This document shows, piece after piece, positions 39,495-53,611 of a DNA stretch of 64,000 nt. Source of the DNA: Ptychomitrium polyphyllum (Eukaryota); the NCBI GenBank assembly GCA_973851085.1, contig OZ316776.1, positions 15,872,001 through 15,936,000 of the forward strand. Reading direction: 5' to 3'. Position numbers and translations under genes: made by a program. Within the stretch, counting starts at the first letter, position 1. Each line of letters starts with the position of its first letter. The notes under the pieces are model-generated. The model did no database searches. It saw only the letters and a list, made by a program, of their open reading frames with translations, and was not told the DNA's origin.

Positions 39495-42400
39495 CTAAAT
39501 AGTGATACTGTTGGGGACCCCCATTGCTGTCACACCAGGTCTTGAATATGGTCGTAGAAGCTGGTATGGCATGTTCACAACACCATAACGATTTTTCAAA
39601 TTCTTGTCAGCATTTCGCTCCTTAATCAGTCTGTCAACTTCACCGATCTTAGCAGAGAAATGCACGAATGCGGTCTTAGCCTGCAATACACAAGCAAATT
39701 TGTTAATCCTAAGAATTGTTACATCAGATCACTCAATGAAGAAGAGAATCAACTAGGATTGAGACATACCGCCTCATCCGCCGTCCAGCCGTCATGACGC
39801 TGGCCGATGTACTCTTCTTTGGGTGAATGGGCAGACAAAACCTCGTAAACAGACATAGCCGTGGTAGTGGAATCAATGTTGGCAATAGTCGACAAGTAAC
39901 ACTTCTCAGGGTTTTTCTTCATCTCATCCCATTCCTTGGTCCCCTCCTCTGGAATCAAGCGACGAACCATCGTGGGATGGTGAGGCATGTATCCTGCGTA
40001 ATCGTACTGACCAAAATTGACAGCCGCGTGCTGGCAAGAAGGAATCCATTGAATCGTTGTTAGAATCTCCGCAAGGCTCTCCTTCGTGTTCAGCTGAGGC
40101 CAACCGGGTGCGTCCTTCTTGTCTTCGTGGGCCTTCTCGCGCATCTCCTTCCACCAAGCTTGAAGCTCAGGATCGGCAAGGATGGCATTGTCATCCGTGT
40201 AGTAGATGTCGACGTACTCTGTGTTCCATGCCTTAATAGCTCCCCAGAGCTCCAGCCCATCCGCTGCGTAAGGATAGTCCTCCACGACGAGCTTGACGCC
40301 GTGAGGAGCACTTGGGTCACGCACGGCCATGCCCCTGGCGACAAGGTCATTCGGCAATGCTTGCGACTCGAACGTCCAAGTGTCTCTGTAATTGGCAGCA
40401 GCCATTTGCATGGAGTACTTCTTGGGTGTGAAGTGGGTCTCGATAGAACCCCCAGCAGCGATAAGAGTTGCTCGAGCTGTACGATTGATTTCGAGCGTGC
40501 TCCTGAAATGTGGCGCCATCAGCTGCATAATTGGGTGCAGCTTGCTGATGTTACGGTTGGTGCAGATGATCACAGCCTCAGTAACGGCATGACATCTAGA
40601 GCTACACGAAAGCACACAGATCGAGTCAGCCAACAAGCTCAAAGAAATACAGAGAATGTCCTTAAACGCATCCTGGCTGGGAAGGGGGAAACACTCACAA
40701 GTGGCTGAAAACTTGATGCGCGGTGATGTCATTGTTCGAAACATGAGCCTTGGCCATCTCCCACACGAAATCTGTCTTCGAAGTATCAGTTGGTGGGGTG
40801 AAGACGCGAGAATTCAATGGATCCTTAGGAGTCTTCCCGGGGAGAGCCAACTCAAGTGCAAGCACCTTCAATGTTTGATCATTCGCCAAGAAGAGAAGAG
40901 CCCTGGTGGCGTAACTCCTAGTATTCTCTTGTTCGTTAATTCTCGCCACGAATGGAAGAAACGCATCATGGTAATTGGCCACGAACAGCTTCTTCTTCGA
41001 CAGAGCCTCTTCAACACTAAGTCCTTCCAATTTGCCTTCGATGTGACTGTCCTTAATCGCCGAAACAGGGCAGCCGTATTCCGTGAGTGTGCTCTTCATT
41101 GGCCACTTCTGCACAGCACAAGCGCATACTCTCCAGTTTAACTTCTAGTCTAACTGTAAATACCGAAAACTGAGCTTCACTTCTATTCGTCAAGTCAAAG
41201 ACGGTAACAAAGTGGAAGACGTTACGTCAACGAGCTGAATAACAACAGGATTGAGGCCTGCCAGAAACTCCCGAGCAAACTCATCGTTATTTTGCCACGC
41301 ATTCCCGTCAGCTGAATCACCAAACACGATCACACAATCATTAGAAGATGTCAGAAACCGACTCAATAACCTCGGCAGTGGTTAGCCTAATGCTAATCTT
41401 CAAGAGTTAATCCGAAGACTTGTTGAGGGTCGTGTCTGGCAGCGGGACTTACTTTGTAAGAGCTGTGGAAGGGGATAGAGAAGAGGATGCGCAGCCTTCC
41501 CATCTGGTCTCATCACTTCCTGCAAGAAGACCAATGGGAACTGGTCCTGATTCGGCCTATCAGGCTGTTCGGGCAACACGTTGTTAATTCCTCCGACCTC
41601 TTGGCCTTTCTTGCCATACAACTTCTTGATCTCCGCAACGGTATCAAATTCTTTCTTCTGAGTTAACAAACCGGTCACTTTCGATGATACAGAGTGACCG
41701 ATAGAGCGGACGCCATGAGCCCTGAAGTCCGACATCTTCGAGCGATCGAAGCACTCGTCGCGTGGAATGTAGAATGCACCCAACATTCCCACATCGCGGC
41801 TCTCGTAATTCTTCTCCGGAAACTTTTTGGTGAGTTTTCGCCCCGATCGGCATCTGCGCGGGTAAGGCAACTCCTTATTGCCACCCAAATTTGGTCTCTC
41901 CAACTTCTCGTCCTTGTCAACGTCACCCAAATCGTTGTAAATGTCGTAGTCGTAAATACTGTCGCAATCTTTCCTGACCCCCGTACCGTCACCTCGCAGA
42001 AGTCCAAGCTCCTTCGCACGGAGCTCTTTCAGCGAAGCAGGCGTGTCGGCAGGCAAGTACGTCTGCATGCATCAACAAACTCTTTCTTAGTTTTACGGTC
42101 GAAATGGAGACAGTCTACAACTCCGCCACGACATTGACCGAGTTTCTTTTCGGTTTAGTTTTGCCACAACATACCTTGTTGCGGAAAAAGATGTGTCCTT
42201 CGTGTTGTAAATCCACGAGTTGGTCACGTAGTGCGCGACAGAACTGTCAGGCAAGGTGAGGCAGAACGACACAAGCAGAAACTCGTTCGGGTGCTCGTTT
42301 TTCACAATGATCGCTCCGGGTTCACCAAAATCCTTTGGTACAACGAAATTGATCTTGAATTCGAGGTCCTGTGCTGCCAGCGTCTCAAGCGTGGCCACCC

Positions 42401-43002
42401 ATTTCTCGATGACCACCTCTTTGCTCACGAAACCTTTACCGGTGCCTGCCAATCGAAGCCCATCCAGATACTTGTCAAACAGGAACAACTATCATAAAAA
42501 AAACAGTTTAAGCAAAAAGTACCGAAATGGCAAATGTGAGTGCACACAGGCCCCAAGAAATGGCGCATTGTTTCCGAGAATACTAAGTAGGTGACATACT
42601 TGGGTCAACCTCAGTGCTGACGAGCTGCACAGTAACGTGCTTCCCCAGAAACAGCTCACTAGCGTCATCAGCAAGATCCGCAGCGCGATCAATTAGATCG
42701 AGCTGAAGCAGCTTCTTCATAATCATGGCCTTGCCTTTGTACTCCACCATGTTGGGATCCATCACAGTGGTGGAGCTGACATCGCCATAGAGCTTCTTCT
42801 CAATATAGCCCCCGACTTTCTCCAATCTGCCACCCACCGAACCCATCCACCCCTTGCTGGGCTCGCTCGCGGTCGCCTTCACCTGCAAGGACTTCGACCT
42901 CCCCATTCTCCTAACTTGCCTCAACACAAGCCCGTCTCGACTCGGACCTACAAGACTGGAAGCTACGCTTCCAGTCTTGCACTGATTCAGCAACATATCC
43001 AT
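39495..43002 (-). pseudogene. LOX: Lipoxygenase B (7 exons) with a frameshift at the end of exon 2: null allele, young pseudogene or assembly error
   Basis: Exons 43002-42600, 42445-42175, 42062-41453, 41311-41226, 41108-40699, 40601-39770, 39680-39495. All LOX motifs are intact (HQVFSHFSRCHAVTE, HAAVNFGQY, GVPNSITI). Exon 2 reads ...AAC ACG AAG GAC AC ATC TTT TTC CGC AAC AAG, so IFFRNK is out of frame. Confidence 0.85.
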
Positions 43003-46000
43003 AGAATGCAGATCACAACCCCGGTTGAGGGACAAATTTTTCTACTCGGCACTGGCTCCTGCACACTGTCCGCGGAGCTGCAACTAGAATAGTATCCGTA
43101 AAGCAGGTCGTGAGCACATGCAAATCAAGTGTCGTGGCCTGAGGCTTCGTGTGTCACGGAGCAGTTGATTCAACCGCTGATCTTATGGCATGCGACAGGA
43201 GAAGCTAGTGTCAGCGAGAGACTGTATACCCGGAGGGCCGGAACTGGCCACGAAATAGCAACGCACCCCCTCGGCGAGAAGAATGTGGGACTTTGCTCTG
43301 GGAGCCTTTCCCACCTTATCTGTCCCTCGTCGGGCCACATGATTTGTATGGAACATGAACTCCAAGCCTGTTTACATCACTACTTTCTTCCAGTTCCTAG
43401 TAGAACTTGTCATAGTGGTTGTTCCTGGTTTCAATTTGGTACTTCCGATTGGAACGAGCAGCGTGTGGGGGCCACGTTCGACGGTTTTCTGACCCACTCT
43501 CTATCCTACTCTCATTGCAATCAACGGAATAGTATCATTATTAAGGTGATGCCATAGTTTAATCGTCACGATATACCAGAAGCAAGTAAAACGTGTGTCC
43601 ACACCAGCTTTTATTCTTCACGTCAGTATGAAAAGTGATCCTCTTTTCAATGAGAAAAAGTAAGCAGAATTTCTTGCAAGGATATAAAGGACCAATCAGT
43701 GATTCAAATGCTGTACATCGTTTGCAATCGACTCACAGTTCGCACTAAAGTATTTAGGTTTCGTATGGTGTATACTGTGGGGGCCTGATTTTGACGATGA
43801 ATTGACAGACGTCTTCGACTGTAATTCCATGCAGCTGGTGCCGAGGGATCACGATGAGAAGCGGTTCCATATTTTTCCGTAGCAAAGCAGTATGCGTCAA
43901 CCTTCCATGGTCCACCTTTCACTTGTTGGGGACGCAATTGACTTGGGTTGGCAACATGGTCCGGTATTTTTCAGCCGTACTCTAGCAATGCTTAACTGGC
44001 TGCATAAAGTGTCTTGCTGAAGTCAAAAAAATTCACATATTTTAGGCTTTTATTCACTTTTCATTTGTTTCTGATACTACTCCCACCCAATTTTGGCTAC
44101 TTCAATCTAGATATTTAATAAAAGCATGTAAAGGTTGGCCTTTTCATCTAAAAAGTTCCTTCAAATCTTGTATGATTGTAGACAGAGATTTTCAAGCAAT
44201 GTGGATACTTTGTCCGCCAAAATAAATTCTTTGATAGACATCAAAATCAAACATCATACACCATAAGAGGATAAATTTTCTTTAAGGTTCAAAGGAAGTT
44301 TTAGAGTTGTAATAAATTGTAACTATACAAAGTCAGGACTCTAATACAATAGAGTTGTCTATTAATGATAAAAAATCCAAGGTTTTAGAAAGAATCTTCT
44401 AAAAAATCTTTATATTATATTTTCATAAGGAAATTATCTTAATATATGTATGTTTTTTTGAAAAGTCTATTTTTTTTAATTTAAAGACTTCTAAAAATTA
44501 TTGATTGTATTTTTGACAAACCATATAAGGAGGGAAAGAGGTACAAATTGCATGCAATGTTCAATGTAAAGTACATAGTGGATAAAAAAGTTGAAAATAT
44601 TAGTGTTATGCTTGGACGTTCACAAATATGATATACAAGAAGGCAAGATATTGTATTGAACTATTGTCATTAATTTTAGGTTTAAAAATAAATAGTATTA
44701 AAACCACATGAAGAATGCTATTGCAAAGAATTTTGAAAAAGTAATTTAGTGGATAATTCTAATGTTAATGAACTAGTATTGATTCTTCATAAAAAGATTG
44801 GTTTCAAATTGCAACAATGTATTTGTTCAAATTAATGTAGTAGCTTAATTAGTGGTAATTGAATTGAATCAATAGCAATATTAACAAAGAATAAGACAAT
44901 TATGCATTTCAAAAAGTAAAATAATTGTATAAGACCAAATGCCAAGAATTGTTATTACATGATTTATTGTATATAATGAAAAATCATTATATTACATATA
45001 TATTTATCTTCGTAAATTTTGATGAAATATGAGTTAAAAGTAGAAAATGTCAATAGATTGTAGTCCTATTTGGATCAAAATTTAGTAATATATAACATAA
45101 AGAACATAAGCTATTACATTTTTTCCATTACAAATATAAGTTGCACTTGATTTAGATATTCTTTGTTAATTCTTTAAACAAACTAAAAATTTCTTAAAAT
45201 GAACTTTTGAAATTTCAATAAACTTATGAATTGTTGTTTGTAGATTTTTTAATTTAGTAATTTTTTTAAGTATACATATAATTTGAAATTGAGATGATCC
45301 TTAAAAATTCTTAAAATTTAAGAGTAAATATATTATTACACTTATGATGTTATATTTTTTAATTATGTTAGTGTCATAATAGGATTTTCACCAAATCTTA
45401 AAGTTTTATGAATGAATCTAACATTCATGAAGAGACTTCTTTATTGCAATGGAATTATGGTTTTATATTTTGGGCTTAACTATCATTGACCAATTGATGT
45501 GATGACCAATTATGAATCCATAAGTCTATTGAAGTGAGGGTATTTCCCCCAAAATATGATAAATCTATGTTTTTCTAAAGTTTGAGATATAATAAAAACC
45601 AAGTTAATGACATTTAAGTAATAAAAGTAGTTGCTTTTATAGTACTTTTTAAAAACTTGAAAAACTCAACATTACCTATTGAAACTTGCTAAAATGGTTC
45701 ATGTAATAGTTGCTTAGAACAATTTATCAAACGAAAAAGTAATTTTTTTGTACCATGCATCACATAATAGTTTGTAGGGTACCATTTAGGAGTGCCAAGA
45801 ACATCATGCCACATACAATAAAAACAACATTTATGTGGACAACAGTCATAGAAGCCTCATGGCTAACAGTAGTCTATTGCATGAATCACCTGTTAGCAAT
45901 ATGTAATATAAACATAAGTTATGGTATTCGTGTCTCTCACGGTTTTTGATAGTCACCTACGACCTCATATACAACGGTAGAAGCTCAGTGGGGACCTTAA

Positions 46001-49000
46001 GACGGTGCCAGTGTGAAGAATGTGGAAGATCTATCAGGCTGAAGCTGTGTGCTGCTGGGATTCTTGCAGTCTCAGTTTTTGGTGCGTCAGCTGCTTCAGG
46101 CATAAGATCTCATTCCTACGTTTCCGGCTTTTTGCGAGTAGCAGACGTTCACTTAGGAGCCCATCACACCGGGGGCGATTCTGGTATAAAAGCAGAACCT
46201 GTGTGTGCAACCACACTGGGACTAAGAGATAGGACCGAACATAATGGCCATGTGAGGAATAAGTTTGGCATCACCAGTTTGTTAAGGAAACACTGATGGT
46301 AGGGAAATTCCTATTCAAAGTAGCAAGGTACATTAGAAACGTCGAATTTTATACGTCATTTGGATGCAGCATGCAAACTAAAGTGATAAATAGCTAGCTC
46401 TTAAAGTAGCAATTTATTTACCAAAAAGCGTCACAACCGCCAGACCTGTGACCATGGACTTGGGCATCGGAACTTCCCATGAGCCCTCCAACATGCAAAG
46501 AACTCTTGTGACACCACTACAGACATGCACATTGAAATCTGAATTTTTTTCATGCGATGTGCTCACTTACTAGTAGGGGTGGCCATGTCCAGTGACGCAG
46601 CTAATCTAACATTAAAACATACAACGAACACTTGCGAACTCGCACCTCAGTACAGACGTGCAAGATTTTTCATGTGATGCTCAAGCAGTTGGGAAGAGCA
46701 TGTCTAGTGACACAGAAACAACGTGGTTGCTAATAACATCTTACAGGTGCCCCATGTAGTCGGTGAATCTGCCACTGGATAGTACAGCTGCTCTTCGTTA
46801 TCCTTGAAACATCTGTTACATCCGTCAAACTGCAGGAAAGCTATCAGTCTTTCAGACACTGAAGCTTTCGGGAGTCTAGAGTTGATTCAATGTGCTTCTG
46901 GAAACTCAGATCATGCGGTAGTTCGAGTACTTATGCTATTTGTGCATATGTATAATAATTGTATAGTCCAATATCCTCCGGCCCCTCCATTACCTCCAAA
47001 TTGAGATTTGCCGATTTCATCACTTAATTTCAACTAAAATTATCAAAATTGTTCTTTAATGGACTGATAGATGTACAGGATATTGTACAGGAGATAACAA
47101 ACATGTTCACAGCATTGGACCCTCACGTTCTACAACAATCGACCAATTTTATGACCATTTTACTTGCAGCTTCAATGAATTCTTGATTTTTAGCTAAGAT
47201 CTTGTTTTGACCAATCTGCAGAAGCTTTATCACGAAGTTTCTAGGGCTAATCGATGTCGTCCACTTGATGGAACCCAAAGAGAACCTGGAAGTGCGCCAT
47301 GCCGTTGAAAATCTCAAACTCTCTGGGCTTTAGCATTTACAGCAGTAGCAATTCGGAAAAAAACAAACGCTAGGAGCCTTCTTGTAGCTGGGAAAACTGT
47401 ATTTGAAACAGTCATCCTGCAACGTGAATCTAAGAGTCAAATATGAAACAGATCTTAATAACTACAGAATTTGCATGATGCAAGTCTGTTTTTACTGATT
47501 TTTTTGGTTTTACTCTTGGATTCATGTAATTTTCCTCATGTTAATGCCAATTGTAAATCAACTTATCTCACGGCCTCGGTGTTCTCACCAGGGAGTACGC
47601 AGCTTTAAATAATGACAGAGAGTTCAAAGAATAAATTATAATTGGAGCTATGAGATCATTTCCACCAAGCTGGCTGAAGGCTAACAAACTACGTGTTTAC
47701 ATTATCGTGCGATATCTAACTGTTTCATTCCTTAATATTGCATGATCTTGGTCTACTAAGAGTTAGCACTAGCTAACTGATGGAAATGAGGACATATTGC
47801 AGATGATTCTTGCTGCTTTGAAATTTCAGATTGCAGCTAAAAACATGTACAGACGTACATTCAATAATTTAGCATACATAACCACCATTTTGAGGACTCA
47901 GTCGATGAAAGCCATCGACAACGGTATCTTCACTCTCCATCAACTCTGTTTTCGGCTATATTTTGTGCTTGAGTTACTGAGTGCTCATGTGAACCATTTT
48001 GTTAATAAGCTTAACCCTTAACCGACATACCCAACCCAAGGGGCTGGGTTTACAGTGTATTTTGCAAGGGACGTGTTCTTCAAGTAAGCGGTGAAGGTCC
48101 AGAAATGACTACAGTTGCAGATTACTATCATTTTGTAAAGATTAAACTTGAAGGTAGAACTTAAACCATTCAGTAGTAAAAAATCATTACGGTTTTGCTT
48201 TAATTTTTTTCTGGTCACCGTGACCCTCAATCTTCCTGGAAGAGTCTTCCTTCACTGATAGAAGTCAAGAGAACCCCGAAAATATGGAAATCTATGAGTC
48301 ATTTGGAAATGCAGACCTGTACAATTTTACGACTGGCGGGCCTGTTCAACACTCCTAAAAAATTTCAAGGATTGCAGCACAATGTTTAAGCCCTGGCAGT
48401 TGGATTTACTAATTATTTTGAGTTCTTTCATCCCAAAAAGATGCAACAAAAAGTTACAGACCTAGTATATATTCTAGAGAAGAAAACGCTTGGAGCTTCC
48501 TATACGTGTGGCAATCAGTTATTATCACGGGATTTATTATTCTCAGACTTGTCTCCATCTGCAAACTATTTGTACACAAATTATTTGACCACTAAGTTGT
48601 GATGAATTGTGTTTTTTTGTGGGCACTGAATCACACAGTTCCTAGCTTTGCTTGCAAGATTTGGTAATTGTTTCAATAAAACAATGAAGTCCATAAATGA
48701 TTCAACCCGTTTCAAGTGGTGAGTTCAGTGGAGTGCTTAATATAGATCTTGCATACTACAGATTAAATACGAGTTATGGTCAGGTTGAAGTGTCTGCAAG
48801 AAGAAGAACTCTGCAACGCAATAACCAAACCAAAAAGTGACCTGTCAACCATATTGTAGGTATTCAAGCACTAAAGACTGGACTTTTGAGGAGTGGGTAG
48901 GGTTGTCAGAAGTATGGAAGGCAAGGAGAAGAGGTAGGACATGCTGGAAGGAAAAAGGCTGCATACACTATAAGTAAGGCTTGGACATGGGCTGAGATTC

Positions 49001-51404
49001 ATATAAAGGAAGAGCTTGGAGACTTCAGACAACCAACTGTAGGATACCCTTCATCCGGTATGTCTCAGCTTTGGGGATATCCTGCTAAAGCGCTCTTGAA
49101 AGACAACTTCAACAACCGTATCAGTACAGCACTTGCACTGTTGAATAATCACGCACAAGTTTATGGCGAATTGAACGACCACGATTGAATGCCAGCCCCG
49201 TTTTCAGCAGGTTGCGCTACATACACAATATCATATAATATCATGCAGGCAATATTAAGGTAATAACAAATTATAAAGCGAAAGAAGAATATTGGTAGTA
49301 GAGTTTAATACTTGTTATAAAAGGAAAAAAAATGCTATGAAAGAATATGAGAGAACATAATCATCTTGATAATTAGATTACTTAGATATTGAGTTGAAGT
49401 CTTTAACATTAGAGGTTTTTGGAAACTAGTATATTATATAAAAAATTGAAACAAAATATATGGTGAAGAAACATAATATTCAAACTTTAAAATTAATAAG
49501 TGACATATAAAATTGACTTGCTTCTAAATTTATTTAAAATCAAGTAAAGATGAGGATTGTTAAAGTCAACTACAAATTAAGAATATAATTCATAAGAAGG
49601 CATTTCAATAGGATGCATGTTACCTTGATATGCTATGAAATAATTCTTTCTTCATCTACTACAAGAATTTATAGCTTTGCCACTATATTGGCTAATCTAA
49701 ACCACCATTGTTGTACAAAACTCACCAACCACATTTGCTACGGGTAGAGCGTTAAGTAATGCATTGAAGAAAAAAAATAATTAAGTCAAAACCAAGAATC
49801 CAAGTAGAATCCTAGCCTTACCATTAGCTAGGAATCTAAATCCTTAAAAATCTTCTTTACAAGTATATATCAATCATGCCTTTCAAAAAGATAACTTTTT
49901 CTAACTTTGACAAAAAATTATAATGAATGCAATTGCAAAAATAGTTGTAGTTTCAAATCAAAGGAACCCTATAAAAGAATGTACACAATACATACTATCA
50001 ACTCTTACGTGAACCGTATATCATAATTCCTAAAGAAAAGATTGATTCTAAACACAAGGCCAATGTTTTTTCCCTAAGCCCTTCCAAACTCCATCATCCA
50101 AACCTCAATTATATCTTGGACAAAAGACAATCAACTTTTAATGATTGATTGGTGCAACCTTGAAAAGCTATTTTAGTTTTTTGGTGGATCTTTAAAAATA
50201 GTATGTGCCCATTGATATATCTCCAATATATTTCGTACAGTGCTATATCATTTGTATGTCATCAAAAGAATCTTAAATGACCCCATGATATATCCCTAGT
50301 ACCTTGTATTGCTGTGACTTGCATGGCAGTGCCGACTTCACGTGGAATTTTCATGCAGTTAATCTCAGACCCAACTCCCACTGCTAAACATTCGCTCACC
50401 GACATCACAGATCTTAACTCCCACTGCAATCACTGTTCTCACACAAACCTCAGATCGTTTCTCTCATCGCAAACAGTGATTTCGTCCATCTTGCACAGAT
50501 CAATGGCAAGTATTTGACTTCAAACTTGAGCATCGAGAAACTGAACTGGATCGGCATCAGTTTTCTTGCATCACCGTCGCTTGACTAGTCGCCTTCGCAG
50601 AGACGTCTGGCCTTCACTTGAGGATTAAATGAAGGAGGAAAGAGGGCTCTCAGGTAAACTTGGAACATGCTAACGTGCCAGTGCAAACACTCAGCCAACC
50701 AACGTGGTAACTGTCATCGCCACCATCGTTAGTCAAGCTCTTCAGTCAACTCTCCCCAATCAGCATATAAAAGTCCCCATCGCTCCATCCGCAGCAACAA
50801 ACTCTCGTCATGCCAATGTCGCTCTTCACAGCACGTGCCTGCAGGCAATTTCGAAAAAGAATCCAGCAGAACAAGACGTCGAAGAGTGAATTAAAATCTG
50901 AATCCCAAGTAGCAAGTGTTAGGCGTTCTGAGGTGAGCGCCAGTAACTCGTCACGCTGCCCTAGGCATGGTCCTTTGATAGGTATTACCTCCACCAGATG
51001 CGAACACAAAATAGATTTACATTTGTGAAGGTATTGTCATTATGAAATACCATCATTTTTACTATTACTGCGAAAGGAATCATTTAACAAATGCAGGTTT
51101 GAACCACTGCGTCTTTCTCCCGAATGCGCCTCTATGAAACCGAACGAGACTTTTGGGAAGGGCGCAGTTAGAGGAAATTTGACTCAGCTGCCTACCTCCT
51201 GGAGTGGACAGCCCCACTACCAGTTGTCTGATTTGATTCTCATGTAAGTTGGTGGGCTCAATGTTTTTAGAGAACCCATGCTGAGGCCCAATTCACAGCA
51301 AGCGAATGAATAGAATGTATGCAGCTGGTAGGCTGCCGCATCATCATGTATCCATCTGCAGCTTCCTGTTGGATCTCCGGATTTGGGGTATCTTTAGCCA
51401 CCAC

Positions 51405-51530
51405 ATGCCGACCACGCAGGAGATTTTGAACGTGCTGAACATTCAGCCGTTCATTCCTGAAGGCGGATTCTTTGCAGAACCTTCGGAGACAGGGACATCA
51501 TTCTCCCGAAGAGCTTGGTCCTTGCTCATT
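51405..51530 (+). pseudogene. DUF985/Cupin_5 family first-exon fragment, frameshifted
   Basis: MPTTQEILNVLNIQPFIPEGGFFAE, then in a shifted frame FGDRDIILPKSLVLAH, then donor T|GTATGT. This matches the 'LxLxPHPEGGFYxETFRD' motif. No complete downstream exons recognised. Confidence 0.65.
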
Positions 51531-53611
51531 GTATGTAATGTATTTCTCCCTCAAGCTCATTAGTACTAGCGGGATTATTATTGTGTTTGAATACTTTCTC
51601 GTGGAATTCTGATGCAGGGTTGTAACTTGGGTTGTTTATTGTGATAAACCCTAATTCAACACGGTAACACAAAAACTGATACTTTATTCCGTACTTGGTT
51701 TCCAACAAGTAGAGATGACTTGTTTAGCTTTTCCTTTGCATCTTTTCAAGAAATTTAAGCTGGCACCTCCCAAGCTCCTTGTGACCAAGTTTCCTCACGC
51801 ACAGGCCATCATCGAATTTCTCGCGTACCAATAACCGGGTGTCTCTTGGATGTTCACCAAATTTTGGTCTTTAGACATTTCTCTATTTTTTTGTGACGCG
51901 GTTATGTCTGGTGAATTGACTCAATTTGATACTGACTTTGTATTTGGACAGACAAAGCACATCACATTGTGCGGTGGGTTATTCTAAAGTGTTAGTGGAA
52001 AGTTAAAATGGTTATGTGCTGCTGTTCAAGAAACATTCAAGTCACTGTAACATATATCCCATTCATGTTGTTCAGTGTTTTGCTATGTCTGCTTCTGTGT
52101 ATATTGTTTGCATCACGTTTCAAGTTTGAAACATCACCGGAGTACTAAATGTTGTAATAAGTTGAATGCCTTGGATTGACACGTGCACAACCTATATGCT
52201 CACTGTTTCTTTCAACGCAAACAGTTACTCAAGGACCAGCTAATTGTTCTTCGTTGCATCTGCTTGTAACGTTTGATACACGTTAGCTCTGCAGTATAAT
52301 GTTTGATGCACAGTACAGCCGCTTCGGATACTAGTCTTCTGTTTGAAGGTCACTTGGTTGAACTGATTTGCCTTAAATTGACATGAACGCATCAATGTGT
52401 TGGCTGTTTCGTTCAAGGCAAGAACCGTGGTAGTGCTCACCTTATGTGCCGAACTTGCTTTGCTGTGTTTTATGCACACGAGCAGTTCTGAATAGTTAAT
52501 TTATGTGGAATGTGCATTTAGGTGGTAGCAGTGGTTTAGAGTTATTAATACATTGTATTGGAATTGGAAGATCATTGGTGTTTCTATTCATGACAAGCAG
52601 AACTCACCTCCTACCGCAAGGTTAAGCTTAATATACGAGATTCATCACGTAAATCTATGTGCCATTGTAGAGCAAGGGTGGAACTATGATAAAACTAATT
52701 TAGACTTTGCGTTATGGTAAAACTGACCAGATTGAGCCAACAAGCGGAAAGAGCAAACTCTACTCTTGATTCTTCCATATTTTATGTGAACATCTCAATC
52801 TGCAACAACGACTGTAACTATTGAAAATCTTTTCCCATTACACTAATAGTTGGATGATGTGTTGTACTCACTACAGCCGTTTCTTTGACATAGCAGATTG
52901 CTCGCTTTCTTCTTTAAAAAGGTTACTTTTGCGCTACTCTGCATTTTGCACATCTGCTTCAAGAGGTGATATCAAATAATCTCATAATTCTGTTTGTTAG
53001 CAAGGAAATCCAGGAAAGAACGTATAATCAATCTGAAAATCCAAATCATAAGACATCTGAATCCGTCTAAAAGATGTAGACGTAAATTTTGTACAGCAGT
53101 GAGGTGCACATATGACTGCAGATTCACCGGCAGTAGTGCAGTGAATGATTTGTCTGAAAGCATATTGAGTTACACATCCAAGAAACTTCAGCTGTGACTC
53201 CAGAATTTGGCCATTCAAATTCGATATTAGCAGTATAACACGATAATTCGGTTTATGACACACCTTTCTGGCATAAAGTAGCGAACATGTACAATAATGT
53301 GGTTACAAACTATCCGAACAGCAAAAGGAGCAGCGATTTGCAGCTTCATGCAAACATGTGCTCTCGGAAAAGACTTCACATTGTGCCACTGTTTAGGTCA
53401 TAATCTCGCAATAATCCACATTGTGTAGCACCCAAGAAAGGATCGAACTAAATTGAGCATTCGCCAAAATACGCGAACATACATTAACCACGTCAACGAA
53501 CCGCATTCATATTCTCGTATGGAACTCTCAGGAGAAATTGTCGGCAAATCAGAGGAATGATATTACATTTGGGGTGTACACAAAGGTTACGCACTAACGC
53601 TGATAGAAAAT

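Noticed and set aside
47100..51050. Short ORFs and possible exons between LOX B and the DUF985 fragment
   Set aside because: Could not be assembled into a consistent spliced gene or matched to a family by eye.
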